A stretch of 64,000 nt of DNA from positions 13,542 to 77,541 of the forward strand of contig JAOMSY010000001.1 in NCBI GenBank assembly GCA_028355575.1. The letters are read 5' to 3'. The position numbers were made by a program, and so were the translations under genes. This document shows positions 1 through 10,638 of the stretch, in pieces (positions within the stretch are counted from its first letter, which is position 1; each line of letters begins with the position of its first letter). The notes beneath the pieces were generated by a model. It was not told the origin of the DNA. It was given only the letters and a program-made list of their open reading frames with translations, and ran no database searches. The DNA is from Francisellaceae bacterium. Its GTDB lineage: Bacteria > Pseudomonadota > Gammaproteobacteria > Francisellales > Francisellaceae.

Positions 1-4
1 TCCA

Positions 5-2557
5 ATGACGCAAAAACCAGTGCCAAACAAATATGTACTTTGGCCAACTGTATCAGCAGAAGTTCAAGCTTTTCCGGCAAGTGTTGCTGATAAATCTGAA
101 GGAGAATTAAAACCTTGTCCAGATTATAATAGTGCTGGTAAATGTAGCATTTCACAAACATTTCCAATTGTCATATCTGATACACTAAGGGCAAAAACTG
201 TATCTGAAATTACCAACGAGCGAATGTTAAGTTTAATTGAAGCTAAGAAGGTACAAGATGTTTCAGGTAATCCATCAGCAACATGGTTAGCAAAAGGAAC
301 AACAGATCAGCCAAGTCCATTGTTAAGTCCAGATGGTGCTGATGCTGTTAATGCAACACCGCAAAATTACTTGTCAGTCGCCATGACAGTTTCGGATGTT
401 TCAGCATTTAATAAGTCACCAGTCAGTTTAACGAATTATTTTGTTCTGCCACATAATCAGAAATCATCTATTACGTATAGTTTTGATTCAAGTTATCTAC
501 AAGTTGATCCTGATACATGGAAAAATTATCAGGCGTCATCGCAACCTATTACTGGCAGTGAGCCGCTTGTCCATATAACAGGAGTAGGGCAGGTAAGTGT
601 GATTCCTTGTAATCAGAAAAATTCAAATGCTTGTTTGTCAGCAGGACCTTTTTCAATTTCAGGTGATAGTTTGAAATTAGATAGTACAAAAGCGCTCTCT
701 GAAGGTGTCTATCAAATTAATATTCGTGCGAATGATTTAAATGGTAGTTCGGCGTTTAACACATTTTATATTTATGTCAGTCAAGATGGCACCACATATA
801 GCCAATGGCAATCAGGTATATTGCCAGACTTTAATGTTCTACATTATTCAGCAGGGCAGAAGTTTGGCACGGCATATCTCTATACATCATATGATTTCAC
901 CAAGTCTTATGCTCGCACAGATTGGGTAAACAGCATTAAAAACTTGATGGATGATTTGGGTGAGGCGAATGACAAATATCAAGCAAATATTATGGATGCG
1001 TTTGTTGATGTTAATAATTTAAGCTTTAGAGGTATGCAAGGATTCTGGCCTGTGGATACTTCTGTGAGTAATTATCAGCAAGGGAACGTTGTAAATACGA
1101 TTCAGCCAAACCAGATGATAACAAATTTGTCTGATACGACTTCTGAGCAGCCAGTTTATATGCTGTCAGAATTGCAAAATAGTTTATCGTCTTTTTCAGG
1201 GCAAGGTAATAACCCGTCTGTCGCATTAACGGTATATCCTTCGAATAATTTAAAAGCAAATTTTGCTGGATTTAATGAACAACAAAGGCATATTTTTGCT
1301 GATATGAGTATTATTCCTGCGCTAAATACAGACGTAGTGAATGGTATATCAGTTGACTTGGAAGGTGGCTTAAACTCAGTTGGTGATACTCAGTTTTATA
1401 AATTAGTTGCTGATAAGTTGGCTTATCAAGGTAAATGGTTCAGTTATTTTTATTTTATTACAGTGGCTTCCCCAGCATTCATGGCGTCTCTTGGCCCGTT
1501 AGGTGCACTAGAGGTTTCAACATATGATGTTGGTGTATTTAGGCCATCAGCTACTAGTTTTGATGTGAAAATGACTGATCCTAAAACTAAAAAATCATAT
1601 GGTCAGCAACCGGTTCCAGGTGTCTTATCAATGTCATCTGAGGATGATGCCAGTTCGCCTCCCCAGTATGTTGGTGGGTGGAGCAAAGAGAGTGTAACGG
1701 CATTATACACGGCGTTTTCTCAAGATGCTCGATGCAATGAATTTGATTTCCCAAATGGTGGGGGTGAGTATACATTGAAGATTCATAGTTGGTGTAACAA
1801 CTCTCCTGACATGTCATATTCCGAAAATAATCGTCTTTGGACAAGTCAAGTTCAGGCAGCAGGTTTGCCCTATGGGTCGCCAATCGAAAATATTAAATAT
1901 TTCAATGGTAAGTTTCATTTGGTTTTACCTGTATCTTGGAGTGCGACACAATTTACTGAAAACATTTTATTTAATCCTGATTTAACGCCTTCTGCTCCTG
2001 GTGCAAAACAAGCTGAAGGCTTATTTATGCAGGACCAAACTGCCAGTGTCTCGGACTGTGTGAATCAACCAAGCTTAAAACAGGCAACTAATTGTTTATT
2101 TGGGAATGTACAAATAAATAAACTGCCTTTGCAAAATATTTCTCAAGAAGAAGATCTGTCAAAGAATAATATCCCGCATATTGTAATTTCTAATTTACCT
2201 GGAACAACAAAGAATGCAGATGGCCAATGGACAGAAGTCGAGAGACAGCCTCAGGAAGGATATTTATACGCTAACTTTGGGTTATATGAAGATTTAAACA
2301 CAGGGCTTACAAAAAACAATCTGGTAGGTATAAGTGCATATGCATTAGAGAATTTTGAAAATGTGCCTGCCGCTGTAGCGGCAAATGCTCAATTAATTGA
2401 AGGCTCGCCTCCAAACGCAGCGATGCAAGTGCCATGGTATATAGGCTTTAAGCCAGGTTATGTTAAAGGTACTCAACTAACACCAGGTTATGATGCTGAA
2501 GAAATACAATCTATTTGGAGTGCATTTGGTAATATTGCCAAACAAATCGGTCAGTAG
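5..2557 (+). CDS. Large extracellular-type protein, probably 5'-truncated by the window edge: Ig/cadherin-like module followed by a divergent GH18 (chitinase-like) barrel
   Basis: Frame is open to base 2. GVYQINIRANDLNGSSAFNTFYIYV resembles the end of a cadherin/He_PIG domain. NGISVDLE, LEVSTYD, KFHLVLPV and LVGISAYALE echo GH18 strands 4, 6, 7 and 8 in order. Confidence 0.5.
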   Translation: MTQKPVPNKYVLWPTVSAEVQAFPASVADKSEGELKPCPDYNSAGKCSISQTFPIVISDTLRAKTVSEITNERMLSLIEAKKVQDVSGNPSATWLAKGTTDQPSPLLSPDGADAVNATPQNYLSVAMTVSDVSAFNKSPVSLTNYFVLPHNQKSSITYSFDSSYLQVDPDTWKNYQASSQPITGSEPLVHITGVGQVSVIPCNQKNSNACLSAGPFSISGDSLKLDSTKALSEGVYQINIRANDLNGSSAFNTFYIYVSQDGTTYSQWQSGILPDFNVLHYSAGQKFGTAYLYTSYDFTKSYARTDWVNSIKNLMDDLGEANDKYQANIMDAFVDVNNLSFRGMQGFWPVDTSVSNYQQGNVVNTIQPNQMITNLSDTTSEQPVYMLSELQNSLSSFSGQGNNPSVALTVYPSNNLKANFAGFNEQQRHIFADMSIIPALNTDVVNGISVDLEGGLNSVGDTQFYKLVADKLAYQGKWFSYFYFITVASPAFMASLGPLGALEVSTYDVGVFRPSATSFDVKMTDPKTKKSYGQQPVPGVLSMSSEDDASSPPQYVGGWSKESVTALYTAFSQDARCNEFDFPNGGGEYTLKIHSWCNNSPDMSYSENNRLWTSQVQAAGLPYGSPIENIKYFNGKFHLVLPVSWSATQFTENILFNPDLTPSAPGAKQAEGLFMQDQTASVSDCVNQPSLKQATNCLFGNVQINKLPLQNISQEEDLSKNNIPHIVISNLPGTTKNADGQWTEVERQPQEGYLYANFGLYEDLNTGLTKNNLVGISAYALENFENVPAAVAANAQLIEGSPPNAAMQVPWYIGFKPGYVKGTQLTPGYDAEEIQSIWSAFGNIAKQIGQ

Positions 2558-2580
2558 GCTTTTAAGTATGCATGGAATAT

Positions 2581-3975
2581 TTAAGTAATTGATATTTTAA
2601 TAAGATCTTTCGGCTGACATTTGTATATATAAAGTAAAGTTAAGCTTAAGCCAATGGCATAGCATAATTGTGTTATGGCAAAGGCTGAATCAGGAATTAC
2701 AGAATGAAATGAAAGGTCGGATGTACCAGATAAGTACGCCAATACAATGCCGACCCAAGATATCGCAAATGCGCTTGAAAGTTGTATAACAGTACTAATT
2801 ATGACAGTTGCATCACCCATATGATCGTCATTATCAATCGCGTTATAAACACCTGCATTACTGATGATGGTGTAAGCGCCGAAGCAGGCACCTAAGCAGG
2901 CAAGGAGTGTTAAAAATACAATCAGGTTAAAATGAATAAATGTGAATGCAATACCTAAAAAAATTCCAATCATCAGCAAAAAAGTGATTAGATAAAATCG
3001 GTAAAAATGTAAGTAATTTAAGATGGTACCGACAGCTTTTTTAATTAACCAAGATGGGATAATAAATGCCATAGTGGCCAGACCAGACTCAAATGCACTA
3101 TAGCCTTGCTTGGTCTGTAAGTAGAGTGGGAATACAAACATCATTCCCATAATAGTAAGCCGTGATAATGTGCTGATGATGGTAAAGTATCTAAAACAGT
3201 CATTCTTGAGGATATGTAAATTAATGACGGCTTTATCTTCGAATTTCTTTGCATGCTTTAGGTATAAAAAGCCTAAGCAGATTGCTATGCACAGTGACAA
3301 CCATTTCCAGTATTGATGGATGTGTGAATCAAGTAATAAATCTACAAAAAGCATAAATGAAGCAATAGCAGTGCCTAATATTAAAAACCCTTTTATATCA
3401 AATTTTGATTGCGCCTTTGTTTGGCTGAAGTTAGGCAAGAAATAATAAACTAATATGATTGCTAAAATACCAACAGGTAGGTTGATAAAGAAAATAGCAC
3501 GCCATCCAATATAGGTTGTAATAAACCCGCCTAGACTCGGGCCTAGCATTGGGCCGATGGTAACAACCACAGCAATGACTGACATTGCAGCAATCATATT
3601 GCCTTTGAAGATACGCACCATGGCGAGCCGAGCAACAGGCATGGTGAAGGCACCAAACATCCCCTGTAGCGCTCTAAATATAACTAACATAACTAGGTTG
3701 GTTGAGAGTCCGCACGCTGCTGATGTTAAAATAAAACCTGTAACAGAAATTATCAATATTCTTTTCCCACCTAAACGGTCTGATAACCATGAGGACGCGG
3801 GGATAAATAAACCTAAGCTTAAAAGGTAAACAGTAATGGCAACTTTTAAGGTAATAGGGTTGATTTCAAAGCTATTCGCTATTTGAGGCAATGCGGTATT
3901 TAATGCTGAACCATCAATCAGCTCCATGAGCATGATTACACCGATGGTATAGGCGATAACTTTATTAGGTTTCAT
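2581..3975 (-). CDS. MFS efflux transporter, DHA2 (EmrB/QacA; MdtD/HsrA-like)
   Basis: MELIDGSALNTALPQIA, WLSDRLGGKR (motif A), GPMLGPSLGG, WRAIFFINLPVG; about 14 hydrophobic segments. Confidence 0.9.
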   Translation of the reverse strand: MKPNKVIAYTIGVIMLMELIDGSALNTALPQIANSFEINPITLKVAITVYLLSLGLFIPASSWLSDRLGGKRILIISVTGFILTSAACGLSTNLVMLVIFRALQGMFGAFTMPVARLAMVRIFKGNMIAAMSVIAVVVTIGPMLGPSLGGFITTYIGWRAIFFINLPVGILAIILVYYFLPNFSQTKAQSKFDIKGFLILGTAIASFMLFVDLLLDSHIHQYWKWLSLCIAICLGFLYLKHAKKFEDKAVINLHILKNDCFRYFTIISTLSRLTIMGMMFVFPLYLQTKQGYSAFESGLATMAFIIPSWLIKKAVGTILNYLHFYRFYLITFLLMIGIFLGIAFTFIHFNLIVFLTLLACLGACFGAYTIISNAGVYNAIDNDDHMGDATVIISTVIQLSSAFAISWVGIVLAYLSGTSDLSFHSVIPDSAFAITQLCYAIGLSLTLLYIYKCQPKDLIKISIT

Positions 3976-3989
3976 GGCGGGAATGAAAT

Positions 3990-4015
3990 ATGCTTATACT
4001 GGTTAGCATAAGCAT
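3990..4015 (-). promoter_or_regulatory. Inverted repeat (terminator or operator) between the lipoprotein and MFS genes
   Basis: ATGCTTATACT-GGTT-AGCATAAGCAT; forms an 11-bp stem with one G.U pair on the minus strand. Confidence 0.35.
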
Positions 4016-4038
4016 TATATGGCTTGGTAGATATAAAT

Positions 4039-4284
4039 TTATTGTGCTTTTTTACAAGAAGTAGTATCGATAGTGCCTTGGCTCATGGTGAGCGAGCAGT
4101 AGTACTTTTCATTATTACATTCAGCTGTCCAGGTACTGCCGACTTCACTGGTTTGGTTGTTAGAAATTTTAATTTGATTTGGTGCACAACCAATTTCACC
4201 AGAGGTAATATCTTCACGTTGTTGATTGGTGACACACCCTGTTAGTAATGCAAGGATAGAGCTTGCGAGTAGTATTTTTTTCAT
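4039..4284 (-). CDS. Small Cys-containing lipoprotein
   Basis: MKK, hydrophobic stretch, LLTGC lipobox; four further Cys. Confidence 0.75.
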   Translation of the reverse strand: MKKILLASSILALLTGCVTNQQREDITSGEIGCAPNQIKISNNQTSEVGSTWTAECNNEKYYCSLTMSQGTIDTTSCKKAQ

Positions 4285-4376
4285 GCGAATTGAGATTGGG
4301 TTATATGATCAGTAATTTAAGTAATAGTTCAATTCAGAATTGGTGTCTAATACGATTACTCAGATTTTTAATAATA

Positions 4377-5741
4377 TTAAATGATTTCAAAATAACGTTT
4401 CTTTTCCCAATCTGTTACTGCTTTTAAATGTTGCCTCCATTCCCAATTTCTTGTCTTAGTAAAATGATTCACAAAGTCACTACCAAACAATTCATGGGCA
4501 ATTTCTGATTGTTGCATTATATTGGATGCATCAATTAGGGTAGGACTTAATTTCACACCATTTTTATCTTCATAACCGTTGCCCGTAATTTGTGGTTCTG
4601 TTAGTTCAAGTTTATGTTTTATACCATATAAACCAGAGGCTAAAGCAGCAGACATAGCTAAGTAAGGGTTGGTGTCGGAGCCAGGTACTCGTAATTCAAT
4701 ACGCGTTGCTTTTTCTGATGCTGGTAATATTCTGGCGCAAACAGTACGGTTGTCGACACCCCAATTAACCGTTGTTGGTGCCCACATGCCTTCTACAAGG
4801 CGCTTATAACTATTTATGGTCGGTGCGTACATGGGAAGTATTTCAGGTAGGCAAAGTAATTGACCCGCTAAATAGTGCTTCATTGTTTTGCTCATATTGT
4901 TTGTATCATTTGCGTCAAAGAAGGTATTCTTACCATTTTGCCAAAGACTTTGATGAATATGTCCAGAACAGCCTGGCAATGTTTCGCATAGTTTGGCCAT
5001 AAAAGTAGGCATAATATTATGCTTTTGACCTATTTCTTTAATTCCGGTTTTAAATAAAATGGCTCTGTCTGCGGCATCAATTATTTTGCCATATAAAATT
5101 GCTGCTTCAAGCACACCGGGCCCTGTTTCGGTATGTAGGCCTTCAATTGGTACATCAAATTTTGCTAATAAATCATAAACATCATTAAAGAAATCCTGGT
5201 TTTGTGCAATTCTAATTAAAGAATAACCGAACATGCCAGGCGTGATGGGTTTTGCATTAATGTGACTTTTTTCATACAGACTGTCTGCATTTTCTCTAAA
5301 ATTAAACCATTCAAACTCTTGGCCGAACATGGCATCAAAACCCATGTCTTGGGCTTGTTGATCAATATTTCTTAACAATGTTCGTGGGCAAGCAAATAGT
5401 CCCTCTTTCTCTTTTCCCTTAAAATCAGCTAGAAAAAATGAAATGTTATTATCCCAGGGAACATTTCTATAGGTGTTGAAATCGATATATGCGTCTGAGT
5501 CAGGATAACCATTATGCCAACCAGAATAATCACAATTGTCATAACAAACGTCAGATGAATCCCATCCGAAAATAACACTGCAAAAACCAAATCCACTTTT
5601 TGCTGCACTACTAAATTTATCTTTATGAATGTATTTTCCCCGTAAAACGCCATCAATATCCGTAACAGCAACTTTTACCTTTGGGTTTTCACTTTGCAAA
5701 ACCTTCTGGATAATATTTTCTTCAATGTGAGTATGTGACAT
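4377..5741 (-). CDS. Glutamine synthetase-family gamma-glutamyl ligase (PuuA/PauA-like)
   Basis: DIDGVLRGK, EFEWF, HTETGPGVLE, PGCSGHIHQSLW, PTINSYKRL, WGVDNRT, RIELRVPGSDTNPYL. Confidence 0.85.
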   Translation of the reverse strand: MSHTHIEENIIQKVLQSENPKVKVAVTDIDGVLRGKYIHKDKFSSAAKSGFGFCSVIFGWDSSDVCYDNCDYSGWHNGYPDSDAYIDFNTYRNVPWDNNISFFLADFKGKEKEGLFACPRTLLRNIDQQAQDMGFDAMFGQEFEWFNFRENADSLYEKSHINAKPITPGMFGYSLIRIAQNQDFFNDVYDLLAKFDVPIEGLHTETGPGVLEAAILYGKIIDAADRAILFKTGIKEIGQKHNIMPTFMAKLCETLPGCSGHIHQSLWQNGKNTFFDANDTNNMSKTMKHYLAGQLLCLPEILPMYAPTINSYKRLVEGMWAPTTVNWGVDNRTVCARILPASEKATRIELRVPGSDTNPYLAMSAALASGLYGIKHKLELTEPQITGNGYEDKNGVKLSPTLIDASNIMQQSEIAHELFGSDFVNHFTKTRNWEWRQHLKAVTDWEKKRYFEII

Positions 5742-5985
5742 TAGGTACCCTTGTTTTTATAAGACATTTATATAATAGCTAATTAATTGTAATAATTGGT
5801 AGGTGATCACACTGTGGCTTAAATATGCTGCCAAGCATCATAAGCAGTCAGGCTGGTTTGCTCATAAACCTGTTTTTTATTGCATATGATAACTATACTA
5901 TTTGCAAAGTTAAATTTTGAAAATTAAACGATATTCTATAAGCTTATTACAGTTTGATTACCTATAACATATAAGGAAAGTTAGT

Positions 5986-8667
5986 ATGACGGATATTTCT
6001 CACTTGTCTGATGTTGATCCAGATGAAACTAAAGAGTGGCTCGCGGCGTTAGCCTCCGTAATTGAAGCAGAAGGTGCTGAGCGCGCCCAATATATAATGG
6101 GACAGCTACAAGGCAAAGCACAATCATTGGGCTTGATCTCTAGCTATAGCCAAATGAACACGAGTTATATGAACTCAATTCCAACAGACCAACAACCTGA
6201 ATATCCAGGTGATATTGAAGTTGAGAAAAAATTAGAAAGCGCGATTCGTTGGAATGCTGCCGTAATGGTAGCAAAAGCAAACAAAGCCGATGGTAGTTTA
6301 GGTGGCCATATTAGTACCGCAGCTGCCGATATGACAATGTACGAAGTCGGATTTAACCATTGCTGGAAAGCACCAAACGATAATGATTCAGGTGATTTAG
6401 TCTTTTTCCAAGGTCATAGTAGCCCAAGTATTTATGCGCGTGCATATCTTGAAGGTCGTTTAACTAACGAAGAAGCGAATAATTTTAGGCGTCAAGCTGT
6501 TGGTGAGCATGGGTTGGCTTCTTATCCACATCCCTGGTTGCATCCAAATTTTTGGCAGTTCCCGACTGTATCAATGGGTCTTGGGCCATTAATGGCAATT
6601 TACCAAGCGCGTTTTATGAAGTATTTAGACAATCGTGGGCTTGCTAATACTAAAGGCCGTAAAGTATGGGCTTATTGTGGTGATGGTGAAATGGATGAAC
6701 CAGAATCATTAGGCGCGTTAACACGTGCATCACGTGAAGGTTTAGATAATTTAATTTTTGTTATTAGTTGTAACCTACAGCGTTTAGATGGTCTGGTAAA
6801 TGGTAATGGTAAGATTATCCAAGAACTTGCATCTGTTTATGGTGGTGCCGGTTGGAATGTCGTTAAAGTTCTTTGGGGTGATCGCTGGGAAAAATTATTT
6901 GCTAAAGATAAAAATGGTCTTATCGCAAAACGCTTTGAAGAAATGAATGATGGTGAATTCCAAAACTGTCGTTCTCATGGCGGTAAATATATTCGCGAAA
7001 CAGTGTTCGGTGGGCATCCAGAGCTACGCGCAATGGTTGAAGATATGACTGACGATGAGCTGTGGAAGCTTAATCGTGGTGGTCATGATCCACGTAAAGT
7101 TTATGCTGCATATAACAAAGCAATGAACTCTGATAATGGCAAACCAACAGTTATCTTAATGCATACTGTTAAAGGTTATGGATTAGGAGAAACGGCTGAA
7201 GGTAAAAATATTGCACATAATGTTAAGAAGTTAAGTGTTGATGCGCTGACTTACTTAAGAAATCGTTTTAAATTACCAATTTCTGATGATGATGTAGAGA
7301 ACTATCGTTTCTATATGCCTCATGAAAATTCACCAGAGATGAAATATTTACATGGTCACCGTGAAAAATTAGGTGGCTACTTGCCTAAACGTATTGAAAA
7401 TAAAAATAAGTTAGCCATTCCTGATTATCAAGACTTTGCTAAAGCATTGCTTGGTGCAAGTGGGGATAGAGAACTTTCCACGACAACTGCTTTTGTTAGG
7501 GTGTTAGTTGCCTTAACTAAAAATAAAGAAATTGGTAAGCATGTTGTTCCAATTGTGCCAGATGAATCTAGAACATTTGGTATGGAAGGTTTATTTAGAC
7601 AACTTGGTATTTATAACCATGAAGGTCAAAAATATGTACCTGAAGATAAAGAACAGGTCATGTATTACAAAGAGTCTAAAGATGGTCAGATCTTGCAAGA
7701 AGGTATTAACGAAGCGGGTGCATTCAGTTCTTGGATTGCAGCAGCAACGGCTTATACTACTCATAGAACGCATATGATTCCATTCTATATTTACTACTCA
7801 ATGTTTGGCTTTCAGCGTATTGGAGATTTAGCTTGGGCTGCGGGTGATTTAATGGCGCGCGGTTTCTTGCTTGGTGGTACTGCAGGTCGTACAACATTGA
7901 ACGGTGAAGGTCTTCAGCATCAGGATGGTCATAGTCATATTCAGGCTGGCTTGATTCCAAACTGTGTGAGCTATGATCCGACGTATGCCTATGAAGTTGC
8001 CGTTATTATTCATGATGGTTTAAGACGTATGTACATTGATCATGAAAATGTGTTTTATTATTTAACTTTAATGAATGAAAACTATCCGCATCACGGCATG
8101 CCAGAAGGTTCTGAAGAAGGCATTCTTAAAGGAATGTACAAGCTTGTGAACCACGAAAAACCAAATGGTAAACAGCACGTTCAGTTAATGGGTTCAGGTA
8201 CGATTCTGCGTGAAGTAGAAGCAGCAGCTGAATTGCTTGAAGATGATTTTGGTGTAACAGCCGATGTTTGGAGTGTGACCAGTGCAAATGAACTGTATCG
8301 TGACGGTATGACAACTAAGCGTTGGAATCTGTTACATCCAGGTGAAACTGAAAAAGAAGCGTATATTACGCAACAATTAAAAGGTGCTGATGGTCCTGTG
8401 GTTATCTCTACTGACTATATTAAATTATATTCAGAGCAATTACGTGAGTTTGTTCCGAATCGTTTTGTTTCATTAGGAACAGATGGTTATGGACGTAGTG
8501 ACTCAAGAGAAAACTTGAGAACATTCTTTGAAGTAAATCGTTATTATGTTGCTTATGCAGCGCTTAAAGCATTGGCTGATGACGGAGTTATTCCAGTTAA
8601 AACGGTTAAAGAGGCAATGAAAAAATATAACATTGATCCTAATAAGCCAGAGCCAACAACAGTATAA
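5986..8667 (+). CDS. aceE: Pyruvate dehydrogenase E1, homodimeric type
   Basis: DVDPDETKEW, SYPHPWL, FPTVSMGLGP, GDGEMDEPES ThDP motif, GEGLQHQDG. Confidence 0.98.
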   Translation: MTDISHLSDVDPDETKEWLAALASVIEAEGAERAQYIMGQLQGKAQSLGLISSYSQMNTSYMNSIPTDQQPEYPGDIEVEKKLESAIRWNAAVMVAKANKADGSLGGHISTAAADMTMYEVGFNHCWKAPNDNDSGDLVFFQGHSSPSIYARAYLEGRLTNEEANNFRRQAVGEHGLASYPHPWLHPNFWQFPTVSMGLGPLMAIYQARFMKYLDNRGLANTKGRKVWAYCGDGEMDEPESLGALTRASREGLDNLIFVISCNLQRLDGLVNGNGKIIQELASVYGGAGWNVVKVLWGDRWEKLFAKDKNGLIAKRFEEMNDGEFQNCRSHGGKYIRETVFGGHPELRAMVEDMTDDELWKLNRGGHDPRKVYAAYNKAMNSDNGKPTVILMHTVKGYGLGETAEGKNIAHNVKKLSVDALTYLRNRFKLPISDDDVENYRFYMPHENSPEMKYLHGHREKLGGYLPKRIENKNKLAIPDYQDFAKALLGASGDRELSTTTAFVRVLVALTKNKEIGKHVVPIVPDESRTFGMEGLFRQLGIYNHEGQKYVPEDKEQVMYYKESKDGQILQEGINEAGAFSSWIAAATAYTTHRTHMIPFYIYYSMFGFQRIGDLAWAAGDLMARGFLLGGTAGRTTLNGEGLQHQDGHSHIQAGLIPNCVSYDPTYAYEVAVIIHDGLRRMYIDHENVFYYLTLMNENYPHHGMPEGSEEGILKGMYKLVNHEKPNGKQHVQLMGSGTILREVEAAAELLEDDFGVTADVWSVTSANELYRDGMTTKRWNLLHPGETEKEAYITQQLKGADGPVVISTDYIKLYSEQLREFVPNRFVSLGTDGYGRSDSRENLRTFFEVNRYYVAYAALKALADDGVIPVKTVKEAMKKYNIDPNKPEPTTV

Positions 8668-8684
8668 AGCAGGAGATTGATATA

Positions 8685-10571
8685 ATGGCATTAGAAGATA
8701 TTAAAGTTCCTGATATTGGTGAATACACTGATGTGGATGTTATCGAAATTAGCGTGAAGCCTGGTGATGTAATCAAAGAAGAAGATTCAATGATAACACT
8801 AGAGACTGATAAAGCATCCATGGAAATTCCAGCCCCTAAAGGTGGTGTGGTGAAAGAAGTTTGCGTCAATGTAGGTGATAAAATTTCTGAAGGTGGATTA
8901 GTTTTAAAATTAGAGACCGAAGGCGGTGGTTCAGCAGAAGCGCCTGCACAAGAAGCTGCGCCTGCACCGAGTCCTTCACCAGCATCGTCAGGTGGTGGTT
9001 CTGTCGTTGAAATAAAAGTACCAGACATTGGTGATTATAAAGATGTTGACGTTATTGAAGTCAACGTTAAACCAGGAGATGCAGTCAAAGAAGAAGATTC
9101 TTTAATCACTTTAGAGACAGATAAAGCATCAATGGAAATCCCATCTCCACAAGCGGGTATCGTCAAAGAAGTCGCTGTATCAGTGGGTGATAAAATCTCT
9201 GAAGGTGGATTAGTTTTAACCTTGACAACAGAGGGTGGCGCGTCTGAGTCTGCACCTGTAGAATCTGCTACGCCAGCTCCAAGCCCTGCACCTGTATCAG
9301 GTGGTGGTTCTGTTGAAGTAACTGTACCTGATATTGGTGATTATTCTGGGGTTGATGTTATTGAAGTTAACGTTAAAGTGGGTGATGACGTTAAAGAAGA
9401 AGATTCTTTAATCACGCTTGAAACAGACAAAGCTTCAATGGAAATTCCTTCACCGCAGTCTGGAAAAATTAAAGAATTGAAAGTAAATGTTGGGGATAAA
9501 GTCTCCCAAGGTGATTTAATATTAGTGTTAGAAGGATCAGGAGGTGGTCAAGCTGCCGTGCCTACACCATCTTCAGCACCGCAAAAATCTGCGCCAGCAC
9601 CAAGTCCGGCGCCTCAAGCTTCAGCGCCTGTGAATGATTCATATAAAAATGAAAATGTGCATGCAGGTCCTGCTGTTCGTCGTTTAGCAAGAGTATTGGG
9701 TGTTGACTTGACTAAAGTTAGACCGTCTGGACGCAAAGGCCGTGTTACGAAAGAAGACTGTGAAGCATATATTAAAAATGCATTATCACAGATTCAATCA
9801 GGCGCTGTTCAAGCTAGTGGCGGTGGGGCAGGTTTAGATCTATTGCCTGATCCAAAAGTTGATTTTGCTAAGTTTGGTGAAGTTGAAGTTGAGCCATTAA
9901 CTAAGATTAATAAATTAAGTGCAAAAAACTTGCATCGTAACTGGGTGAAAATACCACACGTTACTTTTTATGATGATGCTGATATTACCGATATGGAAGA
10001 ATTCCGTAAAGCAAACAAAGCAGCAGCTGAAAAAGCAGGCGTTAAAGTTTCACCTCTGGCGTTTTTGGTTAAAGCCTCTGCCGTTGCATTACAAAGCTTT
10101 CCTCGTATAAACAGTTCACTATCAGAAGATGGTGAAAGCATTGTGAAGAAAAAGTATTTTCACATTGGTTTTGCTGCTGATACACCGAAAGGCTTAATTG
10201 TACCAGTGATTCGTGATGCTGATAAAAAAGGTATTTATCAAATTTCGACTGAAATGGCAGATCTAGTTGCACGTGGTCGTCAAGGTAAGGTTAAACCTGA
10301 CGAAATGAAAGGTGCAAGCTTTACAATTTCTAGCCTGGGAATATTAGGTACAACTGGCTTTACACCGATTATCAATATGCCAGAAGTTGCGATTTTGGGT
10401 GTATCTAAAACAGCAATTAAACCTGTTTGGAATGGTAAAGAATTTGTTCCTCGTTCTATGTTGCCACTGTCTCTTTCTGTTGATCACCGTGTGATTGATG
10501 GCGCTTTAGCGGCTAAGTTCATCACTCGTTTAAATCAGATATTGTCTGATCTTAGAGAGATGTTGTTATAA
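8685..10571 (+). CDS. aceF: Dihydrolipoamide acetyltransferase E2 with three lipoyl domains
   Basis: Three LETDKASMEIP motifs, Ala/Pro linkers, HAGPAVRRLAR E3-binding domain, DHRVIDG. Confidence 0.98.
   Translation: MALEDIKVPDIGEYTDVDVIEISVKPGDVIKEEDSMITLETDKASMEIPAPKGGVVKEVCVNVGDKISEGGLVLKLETEGGGSAEAPAQEAAPAPSPSPASSGGGSVVEIKVPDIGDYKDVDVIEVNVKPGDAVKEEDSLITLETDKASMEIPSPQAGIVKEVAVSVGDKISEGGLVLTLTTEGGASESAPVESATPAPSPAPVSGGGSVEVTVPDIGDYSGVDVIEVNVKVGDDVKEEDSLITLETDKASMEIPSPQSGKIKELKVNVGDKVSQGDLILVLEGSGGGQAAVPTPSSAPQKSAPAPSPAPQASAPVNDSYKNENVHAGPAVRRLARVLGVDLTKVRPSGRKGRVTKEDCEAYIKNALSQIQSGAVQASGGGAGLDLLPDPKVDFAKFGEVEVEPLTKINKLSAKNLHRNWVKIPHVTFYDDADITDMEEFRKANKAAAEKAGVKVSPLAFLVKASAVALQSFPRINSSLSEDGESIVKKKYFHIGFAADTPKGLIVPVIRDADKKGIYQISTEMADLVARGRQGKVKPDEMKGASFTISSLGILGTTGFTPIINMPEVAILGVSKTAIKPVWNGKEFVPRSMLPLSLSVDHRVIDGALAAKFITRLNQILSDLREMLL
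8700..9530 (+). repeat. Three intragenic lipoyl-domain repeats in aceF
   Basis: Three similar VPDIG..DVDVIEV..ETDKASMEIP units; similarity is visible at DNA level. Confidence 0.85.
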
Positions 10572-10638
10572 GAGGAAGTTTGAAAGCAATAAAATTGCCA
10601 ACTATTATTTTAGAATCGAAAAAGTAAAAGGATAAAAA

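Noticed and set aside
5794..5811. AATTGGTAGGTGATCACA upstream of aceE as a PdhR or CRP site
   Set aside because: Only a half-match to the PdhR palindrome and a poor match to the CRP consensus; no pdhR is adjacent
8700..9530. Long direct repeats suggesting a repeat array or duplication
   Set aside because: Explained by the three ordinary lipoyl domains of AceF
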